Assembly (NCBI GenBank): GCA_025594325.1
Contig: JANHCV010000003.1
Coordinates: 2,578,355 to 2,642,354, forward strand
Direction of reading: 5' to 3'
DNA length: 64,000 nt
Source: Blastocladiella emersonii ATCC 22665
Taxonomy: Eukaryota > Fungi > Blastocladiomycota
Made by a program: the position numbers and the translations under genes. Positions 33,177 through 45,239 of the stretch are shown in pieces. Positions within the stretch are counted from its first letter, which is position 1, and every line of letters begins with the position of its first letter. Under the pieces are notes generated by a model. It was not told where the DNA came from. It saw nothing but the letters and a program-made list of their open reading frames with translations, and made no database searches.

Positions 33177-36100
33177 CTATGAGTTGACCATGCCCGCGGC
33201 GGCCGAGACCGACGCCAAGGACGGCGGCGACGACGGTGGCGCCGGCTGTTGCTGCTGCTGCTGCTGAGCTGGCGTGGTCGTGGCCGCTGCCTGCGGGGGA
33301 GGCTGCGGTGACGGTGGCGGTAGTGGTGGGCCGGATCTGACCGTCACGGCGACCGTCGCGATGGCCGTGCTCGCGACCGTGACCTCGGCGATGGGTGCCG
33401 GTACGCTGCCGCCCTCGACGATCATCGGAGCTTGGGCCGCCGGGGCAGCAGGCCGGAGCGCCGCGGCGGCAGCAGCTGCTGCTGCCTGGGCCTGCGCCTG
33501 CGCCTGGGCCAGCGCCTGCGTGTGAGCTTGAGCTGCAGCATGTGACGCGGCAGCAGCGTGGGCGTGCGCCTGCGCTTGAGCCGCGGCAGCTTGAGCCGCA
33601 GCGAGCGCGGCCGCCTTGGCCGCCGCAGCCTTGGCGGCTGCCACCGCGACCGAGGTCTTGCCGCTGCTGCGCTTGCTGTTCGCGCTCGCCGGGCCCGCGT
33701 GGTACCCGTCGCTGGGCGACGACGACGCCTCGCGCGGCATGCTGAACACGGAGTAGTCGATGTTCTTGCGCTGGCGCTTGGGCCGGCCGTGGTGCATCGC
33801 GGCGAACCCGCCGGGGGTATCCGCATCGTCGCCGCTGCCCGCGTGCGCCGCGTCGGCGTCGTCGAGCGCCTCGGCGTACGTGCGCCGCCGCGAGCCGGCC
33901 TCCGAGTCGGACCCGTCGTGGGACGCGACCGCGCGCGAGTTCCCACCGCGCCGACCTGGAGCATGGAGATGGTGGTGGTGGTGGTGGTTACCCGAAAACG
34001 AGCTGGGCGGGGGCGGGCGGTGCATGGGCGCGACGGCGCCCGCGCCGGCGGCCTCGGCGACCTGCCGCGTGACCTGATACTCGTGCTGCAGCTCGCGCAG
34101 CTCGGCCATGACGGCGTCGACCACGTCGTTGATGCACGCCACCGACGTCGCCGTGATGAAGGCCGCCGCCGTTGACACGGGGCCCGTTGGCGTGGGTGGT
34201 GGCGAGGACGTGGGCGCGAGCGCGGGCGTGGTCGCGGAGGAAGGGGAGAAGGAGAACGGCTTGAACGCGGACCGCACGCGATCGAGGAGCGCCGTGACGG
34301 TCGCGGCACGCTCGTCCGAGTCGCGCACCGACTCGGGCGCGACGGCAATGTGCAGCACGCGCGAGTTGGCGATCAGCTCGCCGAGCTGGCCAGGGTTCGC
34401 GCGCGCGTACTTGACGAGCACCGTGTTGAGCTGCGCGCGCGCCTTGGACTGCGCCGCCGTGATGCGGGGCACAGGCGGCGTGGGCGTCGCGTTCGAGGCG
34501 GGCGCACATGCGGCAACGATGGGCGTAGCAGTCGCCGCATTGGACGAGGCCGTCGCTGACGGCGGACCCGACGTCCCAAACCCGTTGGTCGCAACAGCAG
34601 CGGCACCGCCGCGTGGTGTGCCCGGCGCGGCGGATGCGGACCCGTTGGTGGGGGCGGGCGGCGAGCCGTTGGCAAGCTGGTCGCCGTTGACTGCGCGCGC
34701 CGTCTCCTCGGCTGCTACCGCAGTAGCCGCTGCTGCTGCCGTAGCCGCCGCGCGGTTAGCGGCCGCCATCGACTTGAGCGAGGATTTGCGCGTGCGCCCG
34801 TTGGCGAACGTCGACGACGTGGGCGACGTGACGGAGAGCGGAGCGGCCGTTGTGGCTGTGGGCGAGGTTGGGAGCGACGGCCCGCCGTTCTTGCGCGGGG
34901 ACGTCAGGGCTGGTGCGCCGGCGGGGGCGGCGCGGGCAGAAGCAGCGGTGAAGGGCGGCGGGCCAGCCGCGGGTGCGCGAGCCGCGGGCGCCGTGTGGTT
35001 CGCGAAGATCGCCAGGTTCGGGTGCGACACGGACCGGTGCAGGCCCGGGGCCGCGGCGGACAGGTCGAGCGGGTGTGGGCGAGGCCGGCCCGAGCTGCCC
35101 GGCGGGTCGCTGTGAGCGTGCGTGGGCGGCGGCGAGGGCGGGTCGACCGAGAAGGCGCGGGCGGCGCGCGATGGTGGTGGAAGCGGGGCCGGGTCGATCG
35201 CCATGGGGGTCGCCATGCCGGCGGCGTCGTGGCGCAGCTGGAACGTGTCAGGGAGCGGAGCTGACCCTGCACGGGCACCACGCGTCGGGCTCAGCAGGAT
35301 CACGTCGGGCGAGGCGGGGACGGAGCTGAGATCGTCGTCATCGTCGTCGGACCCGTCACCGTCCTCGCCCTGGGCTGCACCGCCATGCTTGGGCCTCCTG
35401 CTGCCTGCCATGGCGCTCGCGAGTCCGTGCAACGGTTTCGCGCGCGGCTGCACCGACGGCGCGGAGGACGAGGGCAGGTAGTGGTGGCGAAACTGCTGCG
35501 GGGTCGGGCCGTCGACCTCGGGCAGCCCGTCGGCCTCGCCGAGGAGCGGCGGGACCACGGTGCCATCGAGCCGCTTCGGGCGGCGCCGGTTACGCGTGCG
35601 CGGAAGGTCCTTGCTCTCTTCGACGTAGAAGAAGTTGCCGAGGCTCGATACCTCGCGCGACGAAATCTGCCGCGCGCGGTTCCCGTTGGCGCTGCCCGTC
35701 GCGCTATCGGCGCCGGCGCTGCTGGATCGGTCGTCGTGGTGCGCGTGAGCGTGCGCGTGATGATGGGCGTGAGCACACGGGTCGGCGCTGCTGCTACTGC
35801 TGCTGGTCGTGTCGAGGAGGACGGCAAAGTCGCCCGAGGACGACGACGCCGCGGCAGTCGACGTGGACGAGACGACCGAGGAGGAGGACGGGTTCGAGAT
35901 GAGGGGCGGTGGCGGCAGCGGCAATCGTGGTGGCGTTAGTGCGGTTGACGCGGGGTCCACGTCCATGCGGTCGTCGGTGGCGGCGGCGGCGGTGGTTGTG
36001 GTGGACTCGGGTCGTGAAGGTGCGGGAGATGGTTTCGGCTGCTGCTTGACGGTCGCCTTGCCCGCCCTCCGCGCGCCCCCGGCCTTGGTTCGCCCGCCGC

Positions 36101-37749
36101 GCCCGCGAGCGGCTGGTTTTCGCGCCGGCGCCAAATCGTCTCCGGTACCGGGCTCGCTCTTGATCTTGACGGCGCCGTCGGCGTTCCGGGGTTTCCGTGG
36201 CGCGCCGCTGTTGGCGCGGCGCGGGCGCACGGTGCCGGGGAGCGGCGGGTCGCTGCCAATGGGCGGCGCCGACGGCGTATCGTCCTCGTCGTCGTCGTCC
36301 GACTCGGACTGCGAGATACGCGGCGAGAAGTTGTGCGAGGTGCAGCGGTGGCGCCACCCGCGCCAGATGAAGCCGTTGGCGGCGACGCCCTCGTGCAGGA
36401 AGCGCAGGGCGCGGCGCACGCCGCGGTTGCGCTGCAGCTCGGCGGGGTTGCGGAGGAAGAACCAGTGGTACATGGGGTCGTTGCCCGTGAAGATCTGGAC
36501 GTCGGCCTCGAGGACAATGGAGCTACAGGACGCCGTTGCAGTCAGTGGCGTGCAATGGAGGGAGCGAGAGAGTCTAGATGAGCACGCACAAGGTGTTGTC
36601 CTCAAAGTAGCGCACGTAGAGCTCCTTCTCGCCGATGGGAGCCTGCGGAGCAATGTCGGCGTCGCCGGGGATGTCCGAGACGGGGATGACGGCAGCGGGC
36701 CACCACAGGCGCTCCTCGTCCGCGTTGAGCGGGACCTCGTCGATCATGCGCTGCAGGGCGGCGGGCACGTCGTAGTCGGGCTCGGTGGCGAGCTGGTGCT
36801 GGCGACGGCGCACGTTGGGGTTCTCGTCGACGGCAGAGCCAGCCGCGCACATTGATGATGGTGAAGACGACGACGACGACGGGGGCGAATGCGAGGAAGA
36901 TGGTGCGGGGAGGGTGGTGACACCGGCGACGGGCGAGGACGAACCCGAAGAGGCGGCTGAAGAGGACGACGAGGTGGATGCGGGTGATGGAATGTCGTCG
37001 AGGTCGTCGAGGTCGTCCAGATCGTCGTCGTCGTCCAGGAGTCCCGCGGGTCGGGGAGCTCGTGGCGCTCCGCCCGACGCAGCCGGAGGGCCGACTACGG
37101 CACCCGGAGCGAGCGCGTTGCGGGCAGTCTCGGACCCGGCGGTGCGCGTGGTGCCGGTGGCGAGGTCGTCATCGTCGTCGTCCACATCCGAGAGGTCGTC
37201 AATGTCGATGAGGTCGTCGGACGAGAGCGACAGCGAGGTGACGGCGGTCGGCTTCGCGGCAGGTGCTGGAGGAGAGACGACGGGCCTTGGCGGGAGGGCC
37301 GAGGTGGGCGAGGTGACGAGCGGGAGGACGGGTGGTGGCGCAGCGGCTCGTGGTGGTGCCGTGGGCGGGACGAACGGGACGCCCGATGGAGCCGAAGTCG
37401 GCGAGGCGAGCGCGAGCGACGAGGTGGACGAGGCGCGCGAAGTTGCGGCGGACGAGAGGGTCGAGGTAGTCGCCGAGGTGGACAGCGAGCCCGAGCCGTG
37501 CGGGCGCTTCCGAGCGAGAGCGCGGCGGACGCGGGCGCGCTCCTTGGACTCGAGTGGGTCGATCCAGACGACGACGGGGTACCACGGCCAGGCGCGCAGG
37601 GCGTCGGAAGGGAACGGCGCGGTCGGCGGCGGAGGTGGCGGACGCGTCGTCGTGGGTGCGTTCGCGGGTGCCGTCGCAGGTGCCGGGTGCGGCAGTGGTG
37701 GCGGCAGCGGGTGCGGCGCGGGAGGAGGGTGCGGGGCAGCCGAGGTCAT
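33177..37749 (-). CDS. Large low-complexity nuclear protein with PWWP/Tudor-like domain; exons 37749-36590, 36522-33177 (~1500 aa)
   Basis: LWWPAAVIP...LYVRYFEDNTFSIV PWWP-like signature spans intron 36523-36589. Basic motifs RTRNRRRPKRLD and GRPKRQRKNIDYS. Start uncertain. Confidence 0.7.
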
Positions 37750-38625
37750 CCCGGCATACGCGGCGCGCGGGTGGCGAGGGGGTATCACGGAGGGAGGGGG
37801 GAGCGCGGGCGCGGCGGCGACCAGGGCAGCAGCGGCGGCAGGGAGAGCGAGCACGTTGGGGGGAGGCGCGGGGGAGGGAGGGCGAAAAGGCGGCGGGTGG
37901 GCGAATGGGCGCCGTCGTGGTGGGAAACGGGCGGGCGGCGGCAAGTCGGCCCACACGCGGGCAGGCGTCGTCCTGCGGGGTTTCGGGGCTCGCAGCAGGG
38001 TCGGCGGGCACGGTGGCGGCGGGTGGTGCGCTGGAGTTGCGGGAGAACTAGCGCAGTCGAGCGGGCATGGCCAGCGGGGCGGGGTGCGATCGGTCGCGCG
38101 TCGTGGCGAGGGGCGGCTACACGGCGAGGGGCGGTGAGGACGAGGGCGGCGAGGGGCGGCGATCGAGTAGGCTGTACCGGCGAGCGCACGGGCGTGCGGC
38201 GATGGCCACGGCTCACGGTGGACGCAGGGCAGGCCGGCGCAGGCGGGCGAACGCGCACGCGCGGGGTCGGGCACGGATGGGAGCCGGTCGCAGCGGCCAG
38301 TCGGACAGCCGGTCGGTCGGGCGCGGTGCGAGCGGCGCGAGGGTGTCGATGCGTGGTGGTGGATGCGTGGGTGCGTGCTGCGTGCGTGCGTGGGCGAGAC
38401 CGATGAGCGGGCGGGGCGGGCTCTCGAGCGAAGGGAGAGGGAGCGGAGCGCAGAGCGGAGCGGCCGGCCGGCCAGCCAGCGCAAGGGACACACCGCTGCG
38501 CGAGCGCCCAAGCACAGGGGCGAATGAAACGGTGAAACCGCGGCCACGTGCGCGCCCGTGCGGCGGTTTTGGCTGCCGCGAACCGCGTGGCCTGTCTTTT
38601 CTCCTCCAAAACCCCCACATCCGCC

Positions 38626-39381
38626 ATGTATCAATCATCATCACTCGCTGGATTCGCCCGCGCACACCTCCTGCGCCGCGGGTTTGCCTCGGCCGCGCCC
38701 AAGAAGGCCGCGAGCGCCGCCGCCACCGCGGCCCCGACCGAGATCCTCGTGTACCGCACGACGCGGCCCTGGATGCCCAAGGCGGCCGTGGCCGGCGGTC
38801 TGGGCCTGCTGCTCTTCTGGGCCAACGTTGCCTACACCATGAACGAGCTGCTCAACGCCACCACCGCCGTCTCGCTCGCCTCGCTCGACCCCAACGCCAA
38901 GGACGCGCCCGCCGTGACCTCGACGGCCGCGCGCCTCCCCGTCTTTGTGCGCCGCGCCGCCGGCACCTCCGAGGCCGATGCTGCTGCTGTCGCCGCCGAG
39001 GCGAGCCACCACATTGAGCCGCCCTCGCCGCTGCGCGCCAAGATCGTGGCCGGCGTCGCCGTGGCGCTGGGCGCCGGATCGGCCGCCCTAGCCTTCCGCT
39101 TCGCCTCGCGCATGGTCTCCGAGATCCGCTACGACCGCACCGCCCGCGCCGTCATCCTGCGCCACGGCATCCTCGGCGACAAGACCCTCCGCGTGCCGCA
39201 GAAATCCGTCGTCACCCGCCAGACCGTCAGTGACATGGTCCTCAAGGGCAGCCCCGTCATGTTTGTCAAGCGCACCCCCTCCGAGGAGGTCGCCGCTGGC
39301 TTCATGCTCGACAAGAAGGGCGACTTCCCCAATGACGGCAAGCTGATCGATTCGCTCTTTTACATCCCGCTCAAAAAGTAG
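38626..39381 (+). CDS. TMEM223-like mitochondrial inner-membrane protein
   Basis: Arg/Ala-rich presequence, two TM helices, RMVSEIRY and FMLDKKGDFPN...DSLF C-terminal motif. Confidence 0.65.
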   Translation: MYQSSSLAGFARAHLLRRGFASAAPKKAASAAATAAPTEILVYRTTRPWMPKAAVAGGLGLLLFWANVAYTMNELLNATTAVSLASLDPNAKDAPAVTSTAARLPVFVRRAAGTSEADAAAVAAEASHHIEPPSPLRAKIVAGVAVALGAGSAALAFRFASRMVSEIRYDRTARAVILRHGILGDKTLRVPQKSVVTRQTVSDMVLKGSPVMFVKRTPSEEVAAGFMLDKKGDFPNDGKLIDSLFYIPLKK

Positions 39382-39448
39382 GCATATCCCGCGAGAACCA
39401 CAAAATACATTCCCATAAGTGTATTCGCTCGCTCGCCCGTTGCTCGGT

Positions 39449-41244
39449 TCACTCAATGCGCTCGAACCGCGCAACCTCGTTCCCCTCGCCACCGTGCACC
39501 ACGAGCTCGATCCGACGCTGCACCCGGCGCGCCGCCATCCAGGGCATCTCGCCCTCGCGCATCGGCGACACGGACCGCACCGCCACCGTCGAGCTCGACC
39601 GCGGCAGCTGGAACGTGACGGTCAGCGGGTTGGCCACCGAGCACGCCACGTACACCTTGCTCGCCTCGCCGCCGACGAGGTCGCCCGCGGGAACCAGCGG
39701 GACGCACATGTCGGGCGCGCGCACCAAGCGCATGCCGCCGTCCATGCCGCGCACCACCGACACGCTGCCCCACGCCTGGTGCACGTACACGCCCGCGACC
39801 GCGTCCTTGGTTGTCTCACCCGCCACCGACGCCGCAGCGCCGCGGACCGTCTCGACCTGCTGCACCGCGCGGAACACCTTGGCGTGCGGGATCACCCCGC
39901 GCAGCGCCGCGAGCGTGTACCCCGCCGTCTCGCGGGCAGCCGCGCGCAGGACATGTGCCGCAACGAGCGGGCCGAAAAACGCGTGGTCCTGGTTCTCGGC
40001 CACGCAAACCGCCACCTGGCTCGGACCCGTGCCCGACACGGCCGTGTACACGGACGATCCGGCGCTCCCGCCCGCGTGGCACCGCGATCCGTCGCCACGC
40101 ATGTGCCACCCGCCGATGACGCACGGGTTCCCGCGCGCCTGCGCGAACAGGGGAGCCATGGCCGGCAGCGACTCGACGCCCGCGGCCCAGTGCGCCGCGG
40201 CGCGCGACGTCATCCACAGGCCGTCGACGCCGAGGTAGTGGCGGTGCGGCGCCTCGAGCTCGGCTGGGCGCGGGACCACGGGCCAATTGCCGCCGGCCAT
40301 GCGCTCGATGGAAGCGAGGACGGCGGGATCCTGACTGCGACCAGTGAGGACCGCGGCGGCCGACGCGTCGACGGCGGCCGAGGTGGCACCCGCGAACCGC
40401 TCGGAAAACTCTGCCGGGGTCCACGCGAGCGTGTGCCCGCGAGCAACACACGACGATGGCGACGACGATGGGTACCACGCAAAGTCGCCGTCCTCCTCGT
40501 GCAGCCCGAGCGGACCGAGGACATGCTTGGCGACAAACGCCGGGAAGTTGCGCGGCGTGTCGTCGAGGCCAGCCGGGCGCGCGGCGAGGACGCGGTCGAC
40601 GAGCAGCGTCAGGAAAGCGTACGTCGCGTCCGTGTCGATCACGTCGGACCCGAGGTCCTCGGCGATCTCGAAGCGCAGCAGGTGCAGCTTGTCCGAGTCG
40701 AAGAGACGGTGCGCGGCGCTCGCGTACTCGTGCTCGGCGAGCACCAGCCCGTCGACGTGCCGCGCAATGCCCTATAAGCGGTGGACAGGGCGAGTTAGAA
40801 ATAGATGACCGACGCGTGGAATAGCGCTTTGAAACGTACGGCGCGGTGCATGACGAGGTCCTCGACGGAAACCCGCTGAATATTCGGCACGCTGCTGACC
40901 TCGGGCACGACCATGGCGACGGGACGGTGCCACGCGAGCTTACCCACGAGCACGAGAGTGGCGACGGCGGCCGCTGTGACGGTCTTGGCCAGGGTGCCGA
41001 CCCGGAAAAGCGTCGTCGCATCGACAGGGGTAGGATCGGAGGTGGCGAGGCTGCCCGCGGCGTGATGCAGAACGACCGCGTCGCCCACGGTCACGGTAGC
41101 CGCGAGGCCCGGGATCTGCAGCGCGTCGCGAGCCTCATCGAGGAGAGACGTGAGAGCGGCAGCGTCGAAGCAACCGTCAGGTTTGCAGCGGGCGCGCGCA
41201 AAGGTTGGCGATGAGGGCGGCGTGGCAAGCTGAGCGGCAGACAT
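39449..41244 (-). CDS. Beta-lactamase/AmpC (serine hydrolase) fold protein with altered catalytic motifs; exons 41244-40840, 40771-39449 (~575 aa)
   Basis: QIPGLAATV...TPVDATTLFRVGTLAKTVTAAAV...VEDLVMHRAG, CHAGGSAG, and a C-terminal VAGVYVHQAWGSVSV domain. Intron 40772-40839. Confidence 0.8.
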
Positions 41245-41794
41245 GGTGGTATCGTTGAGAGCGCTGTGACGAACGAGGGAGGGGGAGGGGCCTGGCTGCG
41301 CTTTATACTCCTGGCCGCGGTGCGGCAGTCTGCACCAGGCCGTTAAAAATGGTGCGAGCCGTTGGGCTTGGGCGTCCAAAGTTGACGCCGAGCTCCACCA
41401 AGTCTCTCGCTTCCTTGGCATCCTGCATCTCGCGCAGGAGAAGAAGGTTCCCCCCGATGGCCCAGGGTTGGCAAGTACAAGCCGTGTGCGCGCGCGATGA
41501 GCGTTGCCACGAGCGGCGGAGCGGAGCGAGTTGCTACATCTCATGCGGGGAGAGCTCCCTGATCCGGCGCCTTTGCTGCAGCTCAAGCGAGCGTTGTCTC
41601 GCGGCGCGAGGACAAGCTGCACGCGTCGCATTATAACGTGGAGGGCGCGTGACCACCGTCGTCAGCTGTCTCGCGAGTGCGTGCGCGTGAAAACGGCCTC
41701 GCGCCGCGACTCCGCCGCCACGCCCGCCGGCAGCCCTTCTCTCTCCTCTCCACCTCGCACGGCGACCCTTCCCTCCCACGCACAAACGCATCCA

Positions 41795-43345
41795 ATGTCA
41801 ACGCAGAACCAAGTTGCGCAGCGGCCGCCCGCCCAGCTCACGGCCCGCCACCTCGTCATGGGCCTCCTCCGCGCCGTGCGCGCCTGGCTCTGGCGCACCG
41901 TGTTCGCGCACCTGCCGATGCCCGCGGCGGTGCGTGCATGGATCACGGCGGGCGGCACCTCGGTCGACGCGGCGCTGTGGCTCGTTGCCGTGGCCGTGGC
42001 CGCTGCGGGCCTCCAGCGGTCGGTCGTGCCGTGGGTCGCGCAGCGGCTCGTCGAGGCCACCACGCTGTCGGTCGCCGCCCTCGCCATGAGCCACCCCAAG
42101 CCCACCGCCGTCCGCAGCAGCATCACCGCCGTCATCCGCGTCCCCGGCCCGCCGCTCGCCACGCGGATGGTCATGCGCAAGCCCATGCGCGTGGAGTACA
42201 AGGGCAAGCTCGTTGCGCGCGCCCGCGTCGTCGGCCGCCTCAACGTGCCCGCGGGCGGCGGTGTCGTGCCCATGGAGGCCGTCATGGAGATGGTGGACGG
42301 CAGCGAGGACACGCGCGACGCCTTCTCGGCATTCTGCCGCGATCTGGTGCTCGCCGACGCCGACGTGCCCTTCACCATGACGGGCGACGGCATCGAGGTG
42401 CAGCTGTTTGACGGGCGCGTCGCGATCCCGAACCTCGCCATGACCAAGACCGTCTCGCTGCCCGGCATGGGCGGCCTCTCCAACATGTCCATTGAGTCGG
42501 TCCTGCTCGTCGATACCACGGTCCACTCCATGACGCTGCAGACCGTGTGCATCGCCGTCAACCCGAGTCCCGTCACCATGGCCTCGGGCACCGTACGCTT
42601 CGCCATGACCACGCCCGAGCTGTGGGCCGAGAGCGGCGCCACCTCGGGCGCCGACGACTTCCCGTATCTCGCCGAGGTGACCATCCCCGACATGGTGCTG
42701 CGACCGGGCGCGAACCGGCTGGTCGCGACGTGCACCATGCGCCGCCCGCACCCGTCAACGATCGGCGACGCCCGCGTCGTTGCCGCCGGCCTCCGCATCC
42801 TATCGCGGTACCTGCAGGGCGACGCGTCCGACGTGGTGGTCGTGGGCCGCGCCGCCGACGCTGCGAGCTACCTCACGCCCGCCATTCAGTCCGTGGTGGT
42901 ACGCACCACGCTCCCACCCCTTGCCCCGCGCGGGACGCAGCCGCTGCTCGTGCAGACGACGCTGGCGCTGTCCCAGGTCAACCTGCTCGCGCAGTCGGTC
43001 CCGGCCAACGTGACTCTGGCCAACCCGTTCCCGCTCGGCATGACGGTGCGTCGGATGCGCGCCCGCGCCACGCTCCCGCGTGCCTCACCGACGGACGCCG
43101 CGCACCCCATGGGTGGCATGGACGCGGCCGTGATGATGTACGTTCCCGCGCACGCCACGGTCACGCCCGACGAGAGCGTACCGATGCAGCTGCAGCTCGG
43201 GCTCCCGCAGCTGCTCGCCGTGGCCGGGTCGGGCGGTGAGCTGCGCGTGGACGTGGCGTGCGAGATCGACTGCCGTGTCGGCCTGTGCGCGCTCAGCGGC
43301 ATCGAGTACGTGCAGGAGAACGCGCGCGTCGTGCTCCGGCTCTGA
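41795..43345 (+). CDS. Membrane-anchored LEA-2/DUF3712-type repeat protein (Tag1-like)
   Basis: N-terminal TM followed by repeated beta-rich modules (VNPSPVTMASGTVRF, LANPFPLGMTVRRM). Confidence 0.65.
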   Translation: MSTQNQVAQRPPAQLTARHLVMGLLRAVRAWLWRTVFAHLPMPAAVRAWITAGGTSVDAALWLVAVAVAAAGLQRSVVPWVAQRLVEATTLSVAALAMSHPKPTAVRSSITAVIRVPGPPLATRMVMRKPMRVEYKGKLVARARVVGRLNVPAGGGVVPMEAVMEMVDGSEDTRDAFSAFCRDLVLADADVPFTMTGDGIEVQLFDGRVAIPNLAMTKTVSLPGMGGLSNMSIESVLLVDTTVHSMTLQTVCIAVNPSPVTMASGTVRFAMTTPELWAESGATSGADDFPYLAEVTIPDMVLRPGANRLVATCTMRRPHPSTIGDARVVAAGLRILSRYLQGDASDVVVVGRAADAASYLTPAIQSVVVRTTLPPLAPRGTQPLLVQTTLALSQVNLLAQSVPANVTLANPFPLGMTVRRMRARATLPRASPTDAAHPMGGMDAAVMMYVPAHATVTPDESVPMQLQLGLPQLLAVAGSGGELRVDVACEIDCRVGLCALSGIEYVQENARVVLRL

Positions 43346-43580
43346 GGTCGCGCAAGGATGGGCGGCGTGTGACTGGCGCCGCAGCGTGATGGTTTGTAAT
43401 CGAATCTCGATATTTTTGCCATTCAAGTCGGAGGCTCATAGAGGGAGAGGAGAGAAAGTACAAGTCGCGCGTAGTCGGGTGCTGACGGGACGCAGGCGCG
43501 CGACGCGTACAAATTCGGGCCACGGCCCCGCAGCCCCCTCCCGCTCTCCTACTGCACATTTGCTCTCTTTGTGACCAACC

Positions 43581-44963
43581 ATGTTCTCGCGCCTTCGTGT
43601 ACGACCACGACCACGACCGCCGCCGTGCCCGATCCGTGCTCGGCCGCGTCGCACTGCTCGCACACAGGCTCTGATCCGTCCCCGACTCGTAGCCCGCCAT
43701 CGCTCGCGTCCGCCAGCTCAGCACCCAGGTCGACGGTGGTGCCAAGGGCGGACTCAACAAGAGCCTCGTCGGCGCCGGCGTCGTCGCCGCTGGTACGCTC
43801 TTTGCTCGTCGCGACTCTCGCCTGCACGGCAACGCGGGATCTCCTCCCCCCTCCGCCCTCCCTCCTACACGCCTTTGTCCGCAGCACAGCGCGGCTTTCG
43901 TGGCGTGCTCGAGCGCCGCTCCCGGCGGTTCGCTGACTGGCGGGCACGTGGCGGTTGCGCTATGAACGATGCGTGCACGCATGCGGTTCGCTCGCTGGTC
44001 AGTCACGGCGGCCGCGATCGAGGTGCCGTCCGCCCCGCCCCTACAAAACCTCGCCGTCCCCTCCGCCTTCTCTCTCCGCTCTCGCAACTCACCCCTCTTT
44101 GCAACGCATCGCACTGATATCCAGCCGCTGCCGGTTACTACCTCATGTCGCCCAACGCCTCCGCCCCCGCCGCGCCCCTCCCCGCAGCGCTCGACCCCTC
44201 CGAGTTCCGCGCCTTCAAGCTCGCGGCCATCGAGCCTATTTCGCACAACACGGCCGTGTTCCGCTTCGCTCTGCCCCACGCCGAGCAGACGATCGGCCTG
44301 CCCACCACGTCGTTTGTGCTGACCAAGTTCACGCCCGAGGGTGCCGACGCGCCGGTCGTCCGCCCCTACACGCCCACCTCCACCGACGACACTAAGGGCC
44401 ACTTCGACCTCCTCGTCAAGCGCTACGACGGCGGCGCCATGTCGTCGCACATCCACAGCCTCAAGGTCGGGGACTCGCTCGACGTGAAGGGGCCGATCGT
44501 CAAGTACCAGTTCACGACTGCCAACCAGCACAAGGAGGTTGGGATGATTGCTGGCGGTACCGGTATCACGCCCATGCTCCAGATTATCAACAAGCTCATC
44601 CGCGACAAGGAGGACAAGACCAAGCTCACGCTGCTGTTCGCCAACGTGTCCGAGGCCGACATCCTGCTCAAGAAGGAGCTCGACGCCATCGCCGCCGCCC
44701 ACCCCGACCGCTTCCGCGTCCACTACGTCATCGACAAGGCCACGACGCCCAACTGGACCGGCGAGACGGGCCACATCAACAAGGACCTGATCAAGAAGTA
44801 CATCCCGTCGGCCCAGACGCTCGGCACCCAGCTCTTCGTGTGCGGCCCGCCCGGCATGGTCAAGGCCATCTCCGGCTCCAAGGCGCCCGACTACTCGCAG
44901 GGCGAGCTCGACGGCATCCTCAAGGAGCTCGGCTACACCAAGGAGCAGGTGTTCAAGGTCTAA
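43581..44963 (+). CDS. MCR1: Mitochondrial NADH-cytochrome b5 reductase; exons 43581-43598, 43693-43792, 44125-44963 (~318 aa)
   Basis: Spliced N-terminus MFSRLRPAIARVRQLSTQ...LVGAGVVAAAAAGYYL (presequence + TM), RPYTP, GMIAGGTGITPMLQ, FVCGPPGM. Confidence 0.92.
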
Positions 44964-45239
44964 GGGGAGACTGTGGTCGTCGACGACGGTCGCGCCGCTC
45001 GGCGGATCGGGCGGCCGACTGGTCTACATGATTGAATACACATACCTATTTCGCGCAGCTGCTTGAATCGTGTCCCTCGCCCTGAAGGTGCGACCCTGAG
45101 AGATGAACACGGTGCGGCCGCGGGCCGGCGTCAGCAACCAGATCAGCGACGCCGCCCTGTCAGGACGCGGCGGGTGGCACCTCTCGACGACGCGTCGATC
45201 ATCCCGGTCTTCGCCAAGGATGCACAACGCTCGCCAACC

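Noticed and set aside
43793-44124. Intronic snoRNA in the long MCR1 intron
   Set aside because: No convincing C box (RUGAUGA)/D box pair with terminal stem, or H/ACA layout, was seen; an Infernal/snoscan run would be decisive.
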